From positions 36,952,001-37,016,000 of the forward strand of contig OZ024756.1 in NCBI GenBank assembly GCA_964016885.1: a stretch of 64,000 nucleotides of DNA, given 5' to 3'. The stretch comes from Eledone cirrhosa. Taxonomy: Eukaryota. Shown here in pieces: positions 1 to 49,079 of this stretch. How positions within the stretch are numbered: the first letter of the stretch is position 1; each line of letters starts with the position of its first letter. The notes beneath the pieces are model-generated. The model was given only the letters and a program-made list of their open reading frames with translations, was not told where the DNA came from and made no database searches. A program made the position numbers and the translations under genes.

Positions 1-94
1 TATTTGTATCTATGTATTTATGTATGCATACATGTATGTATGTATGTATGCATACATGTATGTATGTATGTATGTATGTATGTATGTATGTATG

Positions 95-197
<103 letters not shown>

Positions 198-448
198 CCA
201 TCTATATATGCAGAAGTCGTGATGGTTAATTACATTCTCTTTAATTCTATCTTTGCAGATGTCAACAGATTGAATCGTTTGAAGTGAAAATGTCTGCCAG
301 TTATTGTTATACAATTTGGAACACACAATATCGTCTGTTATACAAATCTGGGTTGTGTTGATTTGCTAGAAACCATAGCTGTTCTTTAAAACATGTCCTG
401 TTGGCTGCTGCATAACTAAAGCCGACCAATGAAACACATATTCATCTC

Positions 449-550
<102 letters not shown>

Positions 551-738
551 TATAAATATATAACATTTATATATACTTAACAGAGAAAACGAAATTATAT
601 TTTATTGATTAATAAAGTATATATGTAACATATGAGGAAATTATTAGAAAGAAGCTGAAAATATACTAAAGCGAAAATTATAATTAAAAAAAAAGCTTGA
701 ATAGTAATATTTAAAACAAATATTTGAAAGAAATCACG

Positions 739-34833
<34,095 letters not shown>

Positions 34834-35035
34834 TGAAAAGAGCCGCTTATGTAATTAATAAAGGAGAATTAATTTTGAAAACTACAGTGAAAAACAAAAC
34901 AAAAATAAAACCTCACACACATATGTATGTATGTACAGATATATGTATATATGTATGATGTATATATATATTTATATATATATATATATATAGATATATG
35001 AGTGTGTGTTTATATATATGTATGTGTGTGTGTGA

Positions 35036-35077
<42 letters not shown>

Positions 35078-35086
35078 TTGTATATG

Positions 35087-35120
<34 letters not shown>

Positions 35121-35124
35121 TATG

Positions 35125-35180
<56 letters not shown>

Positions 35181-35262
35181 TGTGCGTGTGTGTGTGTATA
35201 TATATACATATATATGTGTGTGTGTATATATATATACATATATATATATGTGTGTGAGTGTG

Positions 35263-35297
<35 letters not shown>

Positions 35298-35366
35298 GTG
35301 AGTGTGTATATATATATACATATATATATATATATGTGTGAGTGTGAATATATATATATATATATA

Positions 35367-35410
<44 letters not shown>

Positions 35411-35416
35411 AGTGTG

Positions 35417-35449
<33 letters not shown>

Positions 35450-35486
35450 GTGTGTATATATATATACATATATATATATGTGTGTG

Positions 35487-35567
<81 letters not shown>

Positions 35568-35922
35568 ACGTGTATAAATTTAAGTGTATGTGTGTATAAT
35601 CTAAAAAAAGTTTCTTTGGCTCGACTTTTAGTTTATTTTATATATGGTTCTACACCCTCCCATCCACCCTCTCTCTCTCTCAACACACACACAAAAGCCA
35701 CCCTCAAAAGCATCTACAGACCCTTGACACACACACACACATATATATACATGTATGTATATATACATGTAAACATTTGTTTTGTACATATATATGTATA
35801 TATAAATATACATATATATATACACACACACACACACATATATATATACATATATGTATGTACATATACAGACATATATATGCATATATATATATGTATA
35901 TATATACATATAAATATGTATG

Positions 35923-36013
<91 letters not shown>

Positions 36014-36080
36014 ACATATATATATCTGTATATATATATATATATATGTGTATATATATATATATCTGTATATATATATA

Positions 36081-36144
<64 letters not shown>

Positions 36145-36262
36145 ATATATATATATATATATGTATATATGCATATATATCTATATGTATGTATATATGT
36201 ATATATGCATATATATCTATATGCATATATGTATATATATATATATGCATATATACATATAT

Positions 36263-36327
<65 letters not shown>

Positions 36328-36351
36328 TATATATATATATATATATATATA

Positions 36352-36387
<36 letters not shown>

Positions 36388-36429
36388 TATATATATATAT
36401 GTATGTATGCATATATATATATATATATA

Positions 36430-36467
<38 letters not shown>

Positions 36468-36505
36468 TATATATATATATGTATGCATATATATATATAT
36501 ATATA

Positions 36506-36539
<34 letters not shown>

Positions 36540-36577
36540 TATATATATATATATATATGCATACATATATATATATA

Positions 36578-36685
<108 letters not shown>

Positions 36686-36919
36686 ATTCAACTCCAGTCT
36701 ATCGTTGAATACATAACCTGATACCCACTCTCCTCTGCAGTTTATGTCCTAACTAGTTATTACTCCTCTTACCTCATTCCCTGCAATCCGCCATTCCACA
36801 CTTGTGACACATCATATCACCTTAAAAGTCCACCATCTTTATGGGCGAAATCCATGTTACTATAGAGTTTATACACTGCTGAGAAGAATAATGTTTAACG
36901 CAACATATATATATGTATG

Positions 36920-36975
<56 letters not shown>

Positions 36976-36977
36976 CC

Positions 36978-37032
<55 letters not shown>

Positions 37033-37089
37033 TATGTATTATATATATGTACAGTTATTCCATATACATTCAAATATGTATATATGAGC

Positions 37090-37208
<119 letters not shown>

Positions 37209-37329
37209 TGTACATACATGTATGCGTGTGTATAAGTGTGTGCGTGCAGATACGCATACATAGTATGCCAACGTATTGATATACGTATATAAATGTATAT
37301 GACTTGATCTTTTACTTAATAACATGCTC

Positions 37330-37413
<84 letters not shown>

Positions 37414-37865
37414 ACATGTCTTTTCATTACTTACCCTGAATCTATGCTTATCTAAGTATAGATGTATGCTTGACTACATATGCATATGTAGAGACACGCG
37501 CATGCGCGTGTATGTGTGTATGAATGTATGAATGTGTGCATGAAAGTATGTGTGAGTGTTGGTTGTCGGTTAACCCACTGATGCGTGCTCGAAAACATCT
37601 TTATGTATGATTGGACGTAATAATGCTTGTATATATTTATGTATGTGTTTCTGTATATATACGTGTGCGAGTGATTGTATATCACTGTGTGCATGTGGTA
37701 TAAATATGTGCGTGTGTATGTTTGTAAGTGCATATGTGTGTATATATATATATATATCTATATTTATATATCTATCTATCTATATATATATATATATATA
37801 TATGCATACATCTCTATATATATATGCATATATAGTTATAAATGTATACGTACATGTGTATGTAT

Positions 37866-37903
<38 letters not shown>

Positions 37904-37992
37904 ATATGCATGTATGTATATATATATGTATGTATGTGTATATATATATATATATATATGAATGTATGTATATATATATGTATGTATGTATG

Positions 37993-38025
<33 letters not shown>

Positions 38026-38432
38026 GTATATATATGTATATACATATATATATGTAGATGTATATATGTATATATGTACATATCTACGTATATACATACA
38101 TATCTACATACCTACATATATATATTTATATATATACAAACATGTATGTATATGTATGCGTGTGAGTGTGTATGTCTGTGTATATATGCGTTTGAGAGTA
38201 TATGTGTATGTATGTGTGCGTATGTGAATGAATGTATGCGTGTACGTATGCGTGTTAGTGTGTATGTGAGTGTATATGTGTGTGTATGTGCATAGGTATG
38301 TCTCCACTAAATTTCATATTCAATATTTTCAATAAGAGAAAGAAACAACTGTCACGTGACACCATTCTGTTGATTTTCAGTCAATAAAATTCCCTCAGTT
38401 AGAATCTTCTGTCTTCAGTCTCATATATTTTG

Positions 38433-39165
38433 TGTTTTATTGTATAAACCGCATAGAATTATCGTCTGCTTCATTGACTTTTATTGTATATACCTCACTT
38501 ACCTTACCGCCTGCGTCTTTATTTGTATATACCACAGCTGACTTATCGTCTGCGTGTTCGAGTTTTATTGTATATACCACACTTACCTTGCCGTGTGCAT
38601 CTTTGAGTTTTATATATGTATATACCACAAAGAATTATCGTTTTATTGTATACACCACACTGATTTATCGTCTGCTTCTTTGAGTTTTACTGTATATACC
38701 ACACTGACTTATCGCCTGCGTCTTTGAGTTTTATTGTATATACCACATAGAATTATCGTCTGCTTCTTTGAGTTTTATTGTATATACCACTTTGACTTAT
38801 CGTCTGCATCTTTGAGTTCTATTGTATACACCACACTGATTTACCGTCTGTGTCTTTGAGTTTTATTGTATATACCACATAGAATTATCGTCTGCTTCCT
38901 TGAGTTTTATTGGATATACCACATTGGCTTATCGTCTGCTTCTTTGAATTTTATATATGTATATGCCACATTGACTTATCGTCTGCTTCTTTGAGTTTTA
39001 TTGCATATACTACATTGACTTACCCTTGAGTTTTATTGTATACTAGTCCACCCGTGACCCGTTGGGTCACGTTCACTTCAAAATGTTTTTAAAAGCAGAT
39101 AATCGCAGAGTTTTGGTAATATAAAGATACCACATTGACTTATCGTCTGTGTATTTGAGTTTTAT
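38433..39165. repeat. About 44-bp degenerate minisatellite
   Basis: Unit TTTTATTGTATATACCACACTGACTTATCGTCTGCGTCTTTGAG. Confidence 0.9.
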
Positions 39166-39386
39166 GTCTGTGTGTGATTGTGTTTGTGTGTGTAGTTGGG
39201 TGTATGTCTGTCATTGCATGTGTGGCTGTGTGTGTGTGTGTATGAGTGTGTGTGTGTGTATGAGTGTGTGTGTGTGTATGTGTGTGTGTGTTTATGTGTG
39301 ACTGTGTATGATTTAGGGGGCAAAAAATATCGACGAAATGAAGATAGAGCTCCAGCTTGGTCGCAATCTAATGACCGAAACCAGCA

Positions 39387-39421
<35 letters not shown>

Positions 39422-39636
39422 TATATACGTAAGAATAACGAACCAAAGATATATTTCAGTAGCTTGGTGTATTTTTATTATCATTATTATTATTATCATC
39501 ATTAATATTACTATTATATAATTTCTATCATAACAACATATATTGAGGTAATAAAGACATCATATAGACTTCAGTTACTAAGATGTGAAAGATGTGTGAA
39601 GCTCGTTTCGAAACCAGTAATCTCTTGGGGGAGTTT

Positions 39637-39671
39637 TCACAACAGAGATAGTTGCATGGCAACCATAAGTT
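39637..39671 (-). CDS. EF-hand protein A last exon (ELMVAMQLSLL*)
   Basis: Acceptor ttttctag|; completes Glu12 of the second EF loop. Confidence 0.75.
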
Positions 39672-39900
39672 CTAGAAAATACAAGAAAAAACAAACAAAC
39701 AGTTAATACTTTGATGTAATCATTTTTGTATGGTTTTCATTGTTGTTTGTTTGTTTGCTTTTGTTTCTTATTATGTACGTGTGGACCAGTGGATCATGGC
39801 GGTAGATTTGACAGGATGGGTAGAGCATCGGAGAAAAGACTTTGTGGCATTTAGCTATGATCCTTTTATATTCTGAGTATAAATAGATAGAGAGAGATAG

Positions 39901-39987
<87 letters not shown>

Positions 39988-41058
39988 GATAAATATAGAG
40001 ATAGATGGACAGTTAGATAGATATATAAATAAATAGAGAAAGAGAGATAAATAGAGAAAGAGGGAGTGGCAGGAAGATAGAAAGAGAAAGAACCGAACCT
40101 AGTACTAGACTGGTTAGTTTACTTATCGACCTCGAAAGAATAAGAATCAAAATTCATGTCGTTGGGATTTGAACTCATAGGGCAGAAAGCGGAACCGAAC
40201 TCATGACCTTACGACCGTGAGCCGAACAGTCTAACCACTAAGCCAATAATTGTAGAAGAGGGGATAACTCACCATCAACGGAGTAGTATAAATCAGAATT
40301 GGCATCTATGGTGGAGAACTTGGTGAGGATGTCAGTAATTTCTTTGTCGGTGTAGGACAACGCTTCAAAGAAACCCCACAGCTCATCTTTGCTCAGTTTA
40401 CCATCTCTGTTGAGATCGAAGATACTGATGAACAGCTCGGCATCTTCTTTGGAGCCCCAGGCCGTTTCACCTCCTTCTTCATACTCTTCTTCATCATCAT
40501 CTTCTTCTTCTTCTTCTTCTTCTTCCTCACCACCTTCGTCTTCTTCTCTTCTTGTCTCTCTCACAGCACGAGCCGATTGCTGGAATGAGAATATATACTA
40601 TACTATACTATACTATACTATACTATACTATACTATACTATACTATACTATACTATACTATACTATACTATACTATACTATACTATACTATACTATACTA
40701 TACTATACTATACTATACTATACTATACTATACTATACTATACTATACTATACTATACTATACTATACTATACTATACTATACTATACTATACTATACTA
40801 TACTATACTATACTATACTATACTATACTATACTATACTATACTATACTATACTATACTATACTATACTATACTATACTATATATATATGTACATATACA
40901 TACATACTTCGAATGAAACAGTTCTAGTCCTGTAGAAGACATTTCTATATTAAGTATGTATAAAGTTGATCTCAGCGTGATAAATGATAGTTGTTTCTGA
41001 TTTAGACATAAGGCTAACAATTTTCTCAAATAAATCGACCCCAGTGCGTTACTGGTAC

Positions 41059-41089
<31 letters not shown>

Positions 41090-41709
41090 CCGTAAGGATG
41101 AAAAGTAAATCTAAACTTGGTTAGATTAATACTAATTGTTTCTACTTTTTGGCACAAGGCCAGCAATTACCCAGTGCATTACTGGTACTTTATGCACTGG
41201 TTAATTGCTGGCCTTGTGCCAAAAAGTAGAAACAATTATTATTAATCTAACCAAGTTTAGATTTACTTTTCATCCTTACGGGGTAAAATAATAATTGTTT
41301 CTACTTTTGTCACAAGGCCAGCAATTATCCCAGTGCATTACTGGTACTTTATTTTAACGACCTCGTAAGGATGAAGGCAAAGTTAATCTCGGTGGGATTT
41401 GAACTTAGATCATAAAGGGCCGTAACTCTATGCTGCAAAGCATGGCGTCCGACCTTCTAACGATACTGCCAATCCATCGTCCTTGGCTATATTAATAATA
41501 ATAACAATATCAATGATTTCTTTAACCCCAGGTGTTAACATCAAGATCAACATGATGGCCTAAAAGAGCAAGGAGCTTACCAGGTGATTCTGTATTTTCC
41601 TTACGACCCCTAACTGTTCGCGAAGTCCCGTGGACATTGCGTCAGTCTCCACACACAGAACCACTAGTGTACCAACAAGGACCAATGCAATTAGAAGAGA
41701 TTTAGTCAT
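39637..41709 (-). CDS. Secreted acidic two-EF-hand prepro-protein A (156 aa), 3 coding exons: 41709-41581, 40579-40273, 39671-39637
   Basis: MTKSLLIALVLVGTLVVLCVETDA (signal) MSTGLREQLGVVRKIQNHL/QSARAVRETRR EEDEGG(E)9DDDEEEYEE...DLNRDGKLSKDE...DANSDLYYSVD/ELMVAMQLSLL*. GT-AG junctions with phases 0 and 1; AATAAA at 39479-39474. Confidence 0.85.
40273..40579 (-). CDS. EF-hand protein A exon: dibasic site, poly-Glu/Asp tract, EF-hands
   Basis: Acceptor attccag|CAA; donor G|GTGAGT; canonical EF loop DLNRDGKLSKDE. Confidence 0.9.
40594..40882. repeat. Perfect (TATAC)n pentanucleotide, about 57 copies
   Basis: Direct inspection. Confidence 0.97.
41030..41478 (-). mobile_element. SINE family 1 full copy plus rearranged palindromic fragments
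   Basis: Full copy at 41291-41478; inverted duplication at 41082-41288. Confidence 0.8.
41581..41709 (-). CDS. EF-hand protein A exon: signal peptide and propeptide
   Basis: Acceptor ccaacag|ca ATG; donor CTG|GTAAGC. Confidence 0.85.
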
Positions 41710-41766
41710 TGCTGTTGGAAAAAGAGAAAGAATATATATATGTATATATGTATATATATATATATG

Positions 41767-41798
<32 letters not shown>

Positions 41799-41885
41799 TA
41801 TATTAAAATAACAGATTAAAGTTTAAGCAAAGAATCGGTGGTGTCACCCTTAACGGGATCTTCTGAAACTAAATATATGTATATA

Positions 41886-41985
<100 letters not shown>

Positions 41986-42171
41986 CACATGTGTATATAT
42001 ATACATACATATATATGTATGTGTTTGTATGGATGTATAGAAGTACTTGTGTGTGTGTATTTCTATGTATGTGTGTGCATGTATGTGTGTACGCATGCAT
42101 ACATATATGTATGTGTACATATGTATGTATGCATGTATGTATGTATGATGCACATACGTATATTTATATAC

Positions 42172-42523
42172 AGGACTCTCTTATGTAATGCCTGGATGGG
42201 TGCCACACGAGAATGCTGAGGGTGGCTCTGGACAATAATGAGTACACAATGAGGATGAAGAACTCAGAGCTGTATGGGAGCCTCCCAAATGTCAGCTCGA
42301 AAGTGACGCAGAGGAGACTGAGGTTAGCTGGACATGCTCACCGACATCCAGAGTTGACACTGCACTCAGTGCTCCTGTGGGAACCCTTGCATGGACACAC
42401 TGGAAGAGGAAGACCGAGGTTAACATATGTCGATGTCCTAAGGACACGCAGGACATGGCAGAGATAATGATGGACAGAGACCGCTGGAAAGAACTCGTCC
42501 ATGGATCTCGAGAATTTTACCCG

Positions 42524-42525
<2 letters not shown>
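42172..42525 (+). mobile_element. RTE-like LINE 3' fragment
   Basis: TRMLRVAL...NSELYG..P..S....[11 protein letters not shown].....LLWEP.HG...[10 protein letters not shown] is a typical RTE C-terminus. Confidence 0.75.
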
Positions 42526-42615
<90 letters not shown>

Positions 42616-42753
42616 GCATTATACATGTATGTATAAGAGACTTTGGAATATTAAAAAAAAAAGAAATCTTATAAACAATATATTAATTATATATAACAAG
42701 AAGCACACACATATACAGAGAAAAAATTTTCAATGAAGCAGACGATAACTCAC

Positions 42754-42968
42754 TGTTGTTAGATGTATTTTTTTTTTGTTTGTTTCGTTTTTTTCTTTTT
42801 GCAGAAGAAGTCAAGAAAACAATGGATGGAATTTAACCAGGAAACTTCTTTCAGAATATTTTTGAGGTTCACCAAAAAACAAAAGCAGCGAACAATTGGT
42901 CTGGTGTTGTGAGCTGGTTTGTTGTTGAAAGAACACTCTAGAGCCACAAAGAGTGGCCTTTTTATATA
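42754..42968 (-). promoter_or_regulatory. TATA box and probable non-coding first exon of EF-hand gene A
   Basis: Minus-strand TATATAAAAAGGCC at 42968-42955, about 180 nt of unique sequence, then donor GTGAGT at 42753. Confidence 0.6.
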
Positions 42969-43885
42969 ATATTAAGTAAGCGTCCGTTGTTGAAAGTAAA
43001 AAAAAAAAATTGTTAGCACTGATTAATGAGTTTTGTGAACAGGGACAATGGCCAAAACACGTTCATCTTGCATTTCACACTAATATCAAATATCCTACTG
43101 GGAAGGTGTCACGGTTTGATATGATGGTTGTGGTTGGTGGTGTGGTGTGGTTTTATGTGGTGTATTATGGCTTGGTATGGTGGTGGTGTGGTGGCGCTGT
43201 TGTTGGGTCTGGTCTGGGGTGTTATGGTCTTGTGTGGAGTGGTCTGGGCTGGTATTATGGTGCGGTGTGGTATGGAGTGGTGTTATGTGGTGTGGCGTTA
43301 TACGTCTTTTGTTGTTGTTGCTGCTGTTGTTGTTGCTGTAAGTCTGTTGTCTCAGCTACTGCTGCTGTTGTTGTAACGGTATTTCTACTACCTTTCACTA
43401 CCACCACCACCATCACCACCACCATCACCAACACCACCACGACCACCACCACGACCACCACGACCACCACCACCACCACCACCACCACCATCTTCACCAC
43501 CACCACCACGACTATCACCACTACCACCACCACGACCACCACGACCACTACCACCACCACCACCACCACCACCACCACCACCACCATCTTGACCACCACC
43601 ACCACGACCACCACCACCACCACGACACCCCCCCACCTCCACCCTTCCTTCTACCAGTTTGCCATTTGTCACCAGTCATTTAATTAATTAAAAGACAGAC
43701 AACGCCATTCTTAATTAACCGTCATTCCTTGATCCCCAGAGTACTGGTTAAACCGCGAATATTTCAGGATTTAACCAACTCCCAAGACCCACCCCTCCCC
43801 ATGAAGTGGGGCCCGGGAAAGGTAGGGGTTATAATCCTCTGCTAACGAGGATCTCTGTTTGAAAAATATGTTGATAAACGTTAAT

Positions 43886-43967
<82 letters not shown>

Positions 43968-44039
43968 CATACACATACACACACATTCATATACACACAC
44001 ACAGACTCAGGCTAACCACCCACACACGGTGCTGGTATG

Positions 44040-44071
<32 letters not shown>

Positions 44072-44139
44072 TATATACACACACATATATATATATATAT
44101 ATGCATCCATATATATATATATATATACATATACACATA

Positions 44140-44235
<96 letters not shown>

Positions 44236-44248
44236 CATATATATATAT

Positions 44249-44306
<58 letters not shown>

Positions 44307-44457
44307 TACACATACTTATATACATACATATATATATATGTATATATATATATGGGGGGGTTGAGGCTGTGTGTGTGTATGTATGTAGGTATATATAGGT
44401 ATATATGTATATATGTATGTGGATGTTTGTGTGTGAGTGCGTGTCTGCGTCTGTGTG

Positions 44458-44490
<33 letters not shown>

Positions 44491-44961
44491 TTGTGTAATG
44501 TGGTGACATCGCCAAAGTGATTACACATCACAATAATTATCATATAGACTTACAAATTAAGACAAATAACCACAACAACAACAACAACAACAAAAAAACA
44601 ACAACAACTATAACAACAACCACAACACAAACAACAACAACAACAAAAACAACAACATCTATAGCAACAACATCTATAGCAACAACAACAACAACAACAA
44701 CTATAGCAACAACAACAACAACAACAACAACAAAAACAACAACAACAACAAAAACAACAACTATAGCAACAACAACAACAAAAACAAAAACAACTACAGC
44801 AACAACAACAATTCTTTCTAAGCACAACGCCAGTAATCTGTGGGGGAAGGGAAACTTGAGATCATCCCGACTCCAGTATATAACTGGTACTTTATTATAT
44901 CGCCCCCCTAGAAGGATGAAAGACAATGTTGACTTTGGTAGAAATTGAAAGACCTAACTAG

Positions 44962-45215
44962 CAAATGGCTTAGTGGTTAGAGAGATGAATTCATAATCGT
45001 GAGGCAGTGAGTTCGATTCTCAGGCAGGTCGGGGCATTCGGTTGTGTCCTTGAGCGAGTCACTTTATTTTACGTTGCTCATTCTGCCAGCAATTACAACA
45101 ACTAGATAGTATTATCAGGCATTAGAATAACTAATGGACATATTGTTTCTTTGGTCAGATCTGACGAGTTCCACCACACTCGGTAAGTGAAAGAGGTCTA
45201 GCATCTTGTCGATTC
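44962..45215 (+). mobile_element. SINE family 2 (diverged)
   Basis: Homologous to the 1922-2172 copy. Confidence 0.75.
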
Positions 45216-45235
45216 AGATCGTAAATATATACATA

Positions 45236-45279
<44 letters not shown>

Positions 45280-45399
45280 TATATATATATATATATGTAT
45301 ATGTATATATATATATGAATATATATATATATACATACATATATATATATATATATTAATTCAAAATATTAACAAAATAGATATTCTTGTGATTAAGTA

Positions 45400-45466
45400 T
45401 ATTTTATTATACATATTTCAGAGGTACTAAGTTAACTTCAACAGTACGTCCTCATCAGATAAAATA
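45400..45466 (-). ncRNA. Type I hammerhead ribozyme motif (family H1)
   Basis: Near-identical to the 19445-19511 copy. Confidence 0.75.
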
Positions 45467-45816
45467 AGATGATGCATGACATATCCTGACATAGTAGATG
45501 GTTAAGATTCAGTCACTCACTCTCATTGTAAAGGGACGTAACTGTACATCACAGAGCACTTGTTTAGTTTCTATTCAAAATTATGAGGAGTCCATGGATT
45601 ATTTCCCTTGAATAAAGTCATCACTGATGAAAGGGAAATAATGATTGGTCCACGTATAATCACAAAATATTCTAAAAGATGAACAAATATGTGACCATGG
45701 GTCACTTTAGCGTAATGACTAATGCACTCACCCAGCAGCTGAGAGATGCGGGTTTCGATTTCTGACAGGCGGGTCTGTCCACTCTTTACAATCTGTGTGT
45801 GTGGATGGGGACATCC

Positions 45817-46045
45817 TTAACCCTTTAGCATTTACATTACTCTATATTTACTATTGTATTTTCACAGTAAGGGCCATACCTCACATAATTATCACACATG
45901 ATATCGAATCTGTGAGATTTTAACATTATTTATTTTGAGAACAATACCTTAACATCAGTATGAGCGGCCAGTTATGGCCAGTTTGAACAGAAAAAGGTGA
46001 GGGAATTCTGGCCGGATATGGCCGGTTTAAATGCTAAAGGGTTAA
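45817..46045. mobile_element. piggyBac-type MITE
   Basis: TTAA-CCCTTTAGCATTTA ... TAAATGCTAAAGGG-TTAA terminal inverted repeats with TTAA TSD. Confidence 0.8.
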
Positions 46046-46317
46046 TTCGATCGAACACTACACCTGATTTCCACATTGTATTCTACTCAGATTTTTCTTT
46101 GTATTACAGGTAATTTTTCAATTCTCGCTGCATTAAACAATATCCCATGATGCTGCACTACGTTTCCACACACTTCACAAGTTCCTCTCCTTAATCCCTT
46201 TCCTTCTCTTTCTGTCGCCCCTCTTCTAATTACTCTTCTCCATTGTTGTCTCCCTTATTCTCGCAAGTCTTCATTTTTCTTCTCTATCCCAAACATTCTC
46301 TCACCTCTACTCTTCTA

Positions 46318-46356
46318 TATTCTGATAAAGGACTACTGTCCGAAACGTTAAGACAC
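46318..46356 (+). ncRNA. Degenerate minimal hammerhead motif (family H3)
   Basis: CTGATAA-AGGAC tact GTCC-GAAACGTTA-AGA; core G-to-A change and weak stem I; a 3' half-copy lies at about 34523-34540 (minus). Confidence 0.4.
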
Positions 46357-46439
46357 TTTTTTAAACTCTACGAAGCGTTAAATGAAAATATCGTTATTTT
46401 ATTGTATTCTTCCCTTGTTCTATTAAATCTTTTTAGACT

Positions 46440-46488
<49 letters not shown>

Positions 46489-46520
46489 TATATATATATA
46501 CATACACACACACACACACA

Positions 46521-46564
<44 letters not shown>

Positions 46565-47047
46565 GCTTAATGTGTTTTAACCTTATGCTACTATTGGTTC
46601 ATCCCCTTGAGCTTGAGGAGCATTCGATCCGTAGGCGGGTCTGTTTAAGTATAGTATGTAGTTGGTATACATTCGGTGTTACACTATGGCCCCGGTTTCC
46701 TTCTATCAAACACAAACAAAGAAACACAAAGAAACACAAAGAAACACAAAGAATAAACGATAACAACTTGTTGTGAGAAAGTGATTTAAAGTTTTATTTG
46801 TGTAAGAAACAAAATGAAAACAGCTGAAGTGAAGTATTTAGAAATATATATATCATGTGCGACAGCAGTAATGTCGTGGAAAATGTAAAAGAAATTATCT
46901 CTGTCAAAACTAAGAGATACAAAATATTGGTTTTAAAAAATTTTTTAAATAATGTGACGTTCGTCGCCAGCCATACTATCAAACATGGTTGGCGTCGTAC
47001 TATCAAACTTGATATAATTCTTTGCAAGGTCAAGGTAAATGAAACTG

Positions 47048-47128
<81 letters not shown>

Positions 47129-47134
47129 TATACA

Positions 47135-47166
<32 letters not shown>

Positions 47167-47174
47167 CATATATG

Positions 47175-47326
<152 letters not shown>

Positions 47327-47463
47327 TATATATATATACAGAACATACATATATATATATATAGAGAGAGAGAATTTTACCAGTTTTAAACTAAGACCAT
47401 TATTCAGCAGTGTACTCGATATTGGGATAGTATATATATATATCTATATATATATATATAAAG

Positions 47464-47500
<37 letters not shown>

Positions 47501-47685
47501 ATTATATATACATATATTTTAATATATATATATATATATAAAATAATACAACTGGCTTTCCACAAAATACATATAGTTAGCACCCCAAACACTTAAATTG
47601 GGTTATACTAACATATAACCTAATGTTTGTTGAGTGAGATGGTTACCAGTCGGAGTTTAGCGTTAAGCTATCTCTGTTATTGTAT

Positions 47686-47727
<42 letters not shown>

Positions 47728-47989
47728 ATACAATAACATATGTCAATACCTAATAAATTCCTTTTTTAAAAAAAGCACTTTCATTTTATATTCATCCTTT
47801 CTACATTTCTCCGGAATATAATTTATACTCGTTGAGCAAACCTGCACGTACGCTGTTCATCTCTAACGTAACGATATATTATCACTACATTATTGATAAC
47901 CTGAAATTTTATATATATATATATGTATTTTCTATATCTATCCTTTGTGATCTTGTCTATTATTTTACCTCTGTTTTGACGTTTCCTTG

Positions 47990-48020
<31 letters not shown>

Positions 48021-48232
48021 ATGTGTCATCTACCACCAAAAACCCAACAATTGGTGGTGCTCTATCGTCAATCTTAATCTTGATTTAATTTAACTCTTTG
48101 TAAAATTATAAGAAACTGTTGTTGTATATATATAACAAAACAATAAGAACATGTTGTTCTTCTTCATGTTGCTGTCAGCCAATGTAGATGCCGTACAGCC
48201 CCCCACCAGATGTGGTTCCTTACTAGAACACA

Positions 48233-48273
48233 TCAACCTGTGTAAGTACTGTATAACCAAACTTGCTTTAATT
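48233..48273 (-). CDS. EF-hand protein B last exon ([13 protein letters not shown])
   Basis: Acceptor atttcag|; supplies Glu12 of EF2 and the exit helix. Confidence 0.75.
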
Positions 48274-48338
48274 CTGAAATATAAAACATATTTTTATTAA
48301 GGCATATATTATATCACTGTAGTACGTTTACGTGTTTG

Positions 48339-48385
<47 letters not shown>

Positions 48386-49015
48386 TTGTGTATATATATG
48401 TATGTGTATGTATGTATGTATGTATGAATGTATGTATGTATGTATGTATGAATGTATGTATGTATATATGTATGTATGTATGTATGTATATATGTATGAA
48501 TGTATGTATGTATGTGTGTATGTATATATGTATGTGTGTGGATGTATGTATATGTGTATGTATGTATGTATGTATATATATTTGTAACTGGGAGTGTATA
48601 TATATATATGCATATAGATATTTATGTATGAGTGTGTATATATGTATGTATGTAATAGTCGGGCTGGACACCCGATCCCGCGGTTAAACCACTGGGAGTG
48701 AAGGACCCTAGCCTTTATCAGGGCATTCTTCTAAGAAGGCAACTCAGGAAACTGGGTTAACTCCTGCGGCTCAGTAGTTACCGATGATGTTGATCTTTTC
48801 TTCTTTTCAGGTTATGGCTACTGTCTCTCAGAGAGTGGGATTGGCTCAGTGCACAGTCTTTCCTCACTTTAGGAAAAATCGACACGCACAGGCATTGCAG
48901 GATAGAATTAATTGATAATTATTGATAATGTTATATCGTGCAATGGCGATACTCGATAATACGTATGTATATATGTATGTATGTGTGTATATACGTATGC
49001 TTGTGTGTGTGTGTG

Positions 49016-49079
<64 letters not shown>

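Noticed and set aside
39651-39663. X-box-like GTTGCATGGCAAC
   Set aside because: It lies within the coding last exon of gene A and is probably coincidental.
45599-45650. Type II hammerhead (ATTATTTCCCTT-GAAT...CTGATGA-AAGGGAAATAAT)
   Set aside because: There is no room for stems I and III; better explained as an imperfect palindrome.
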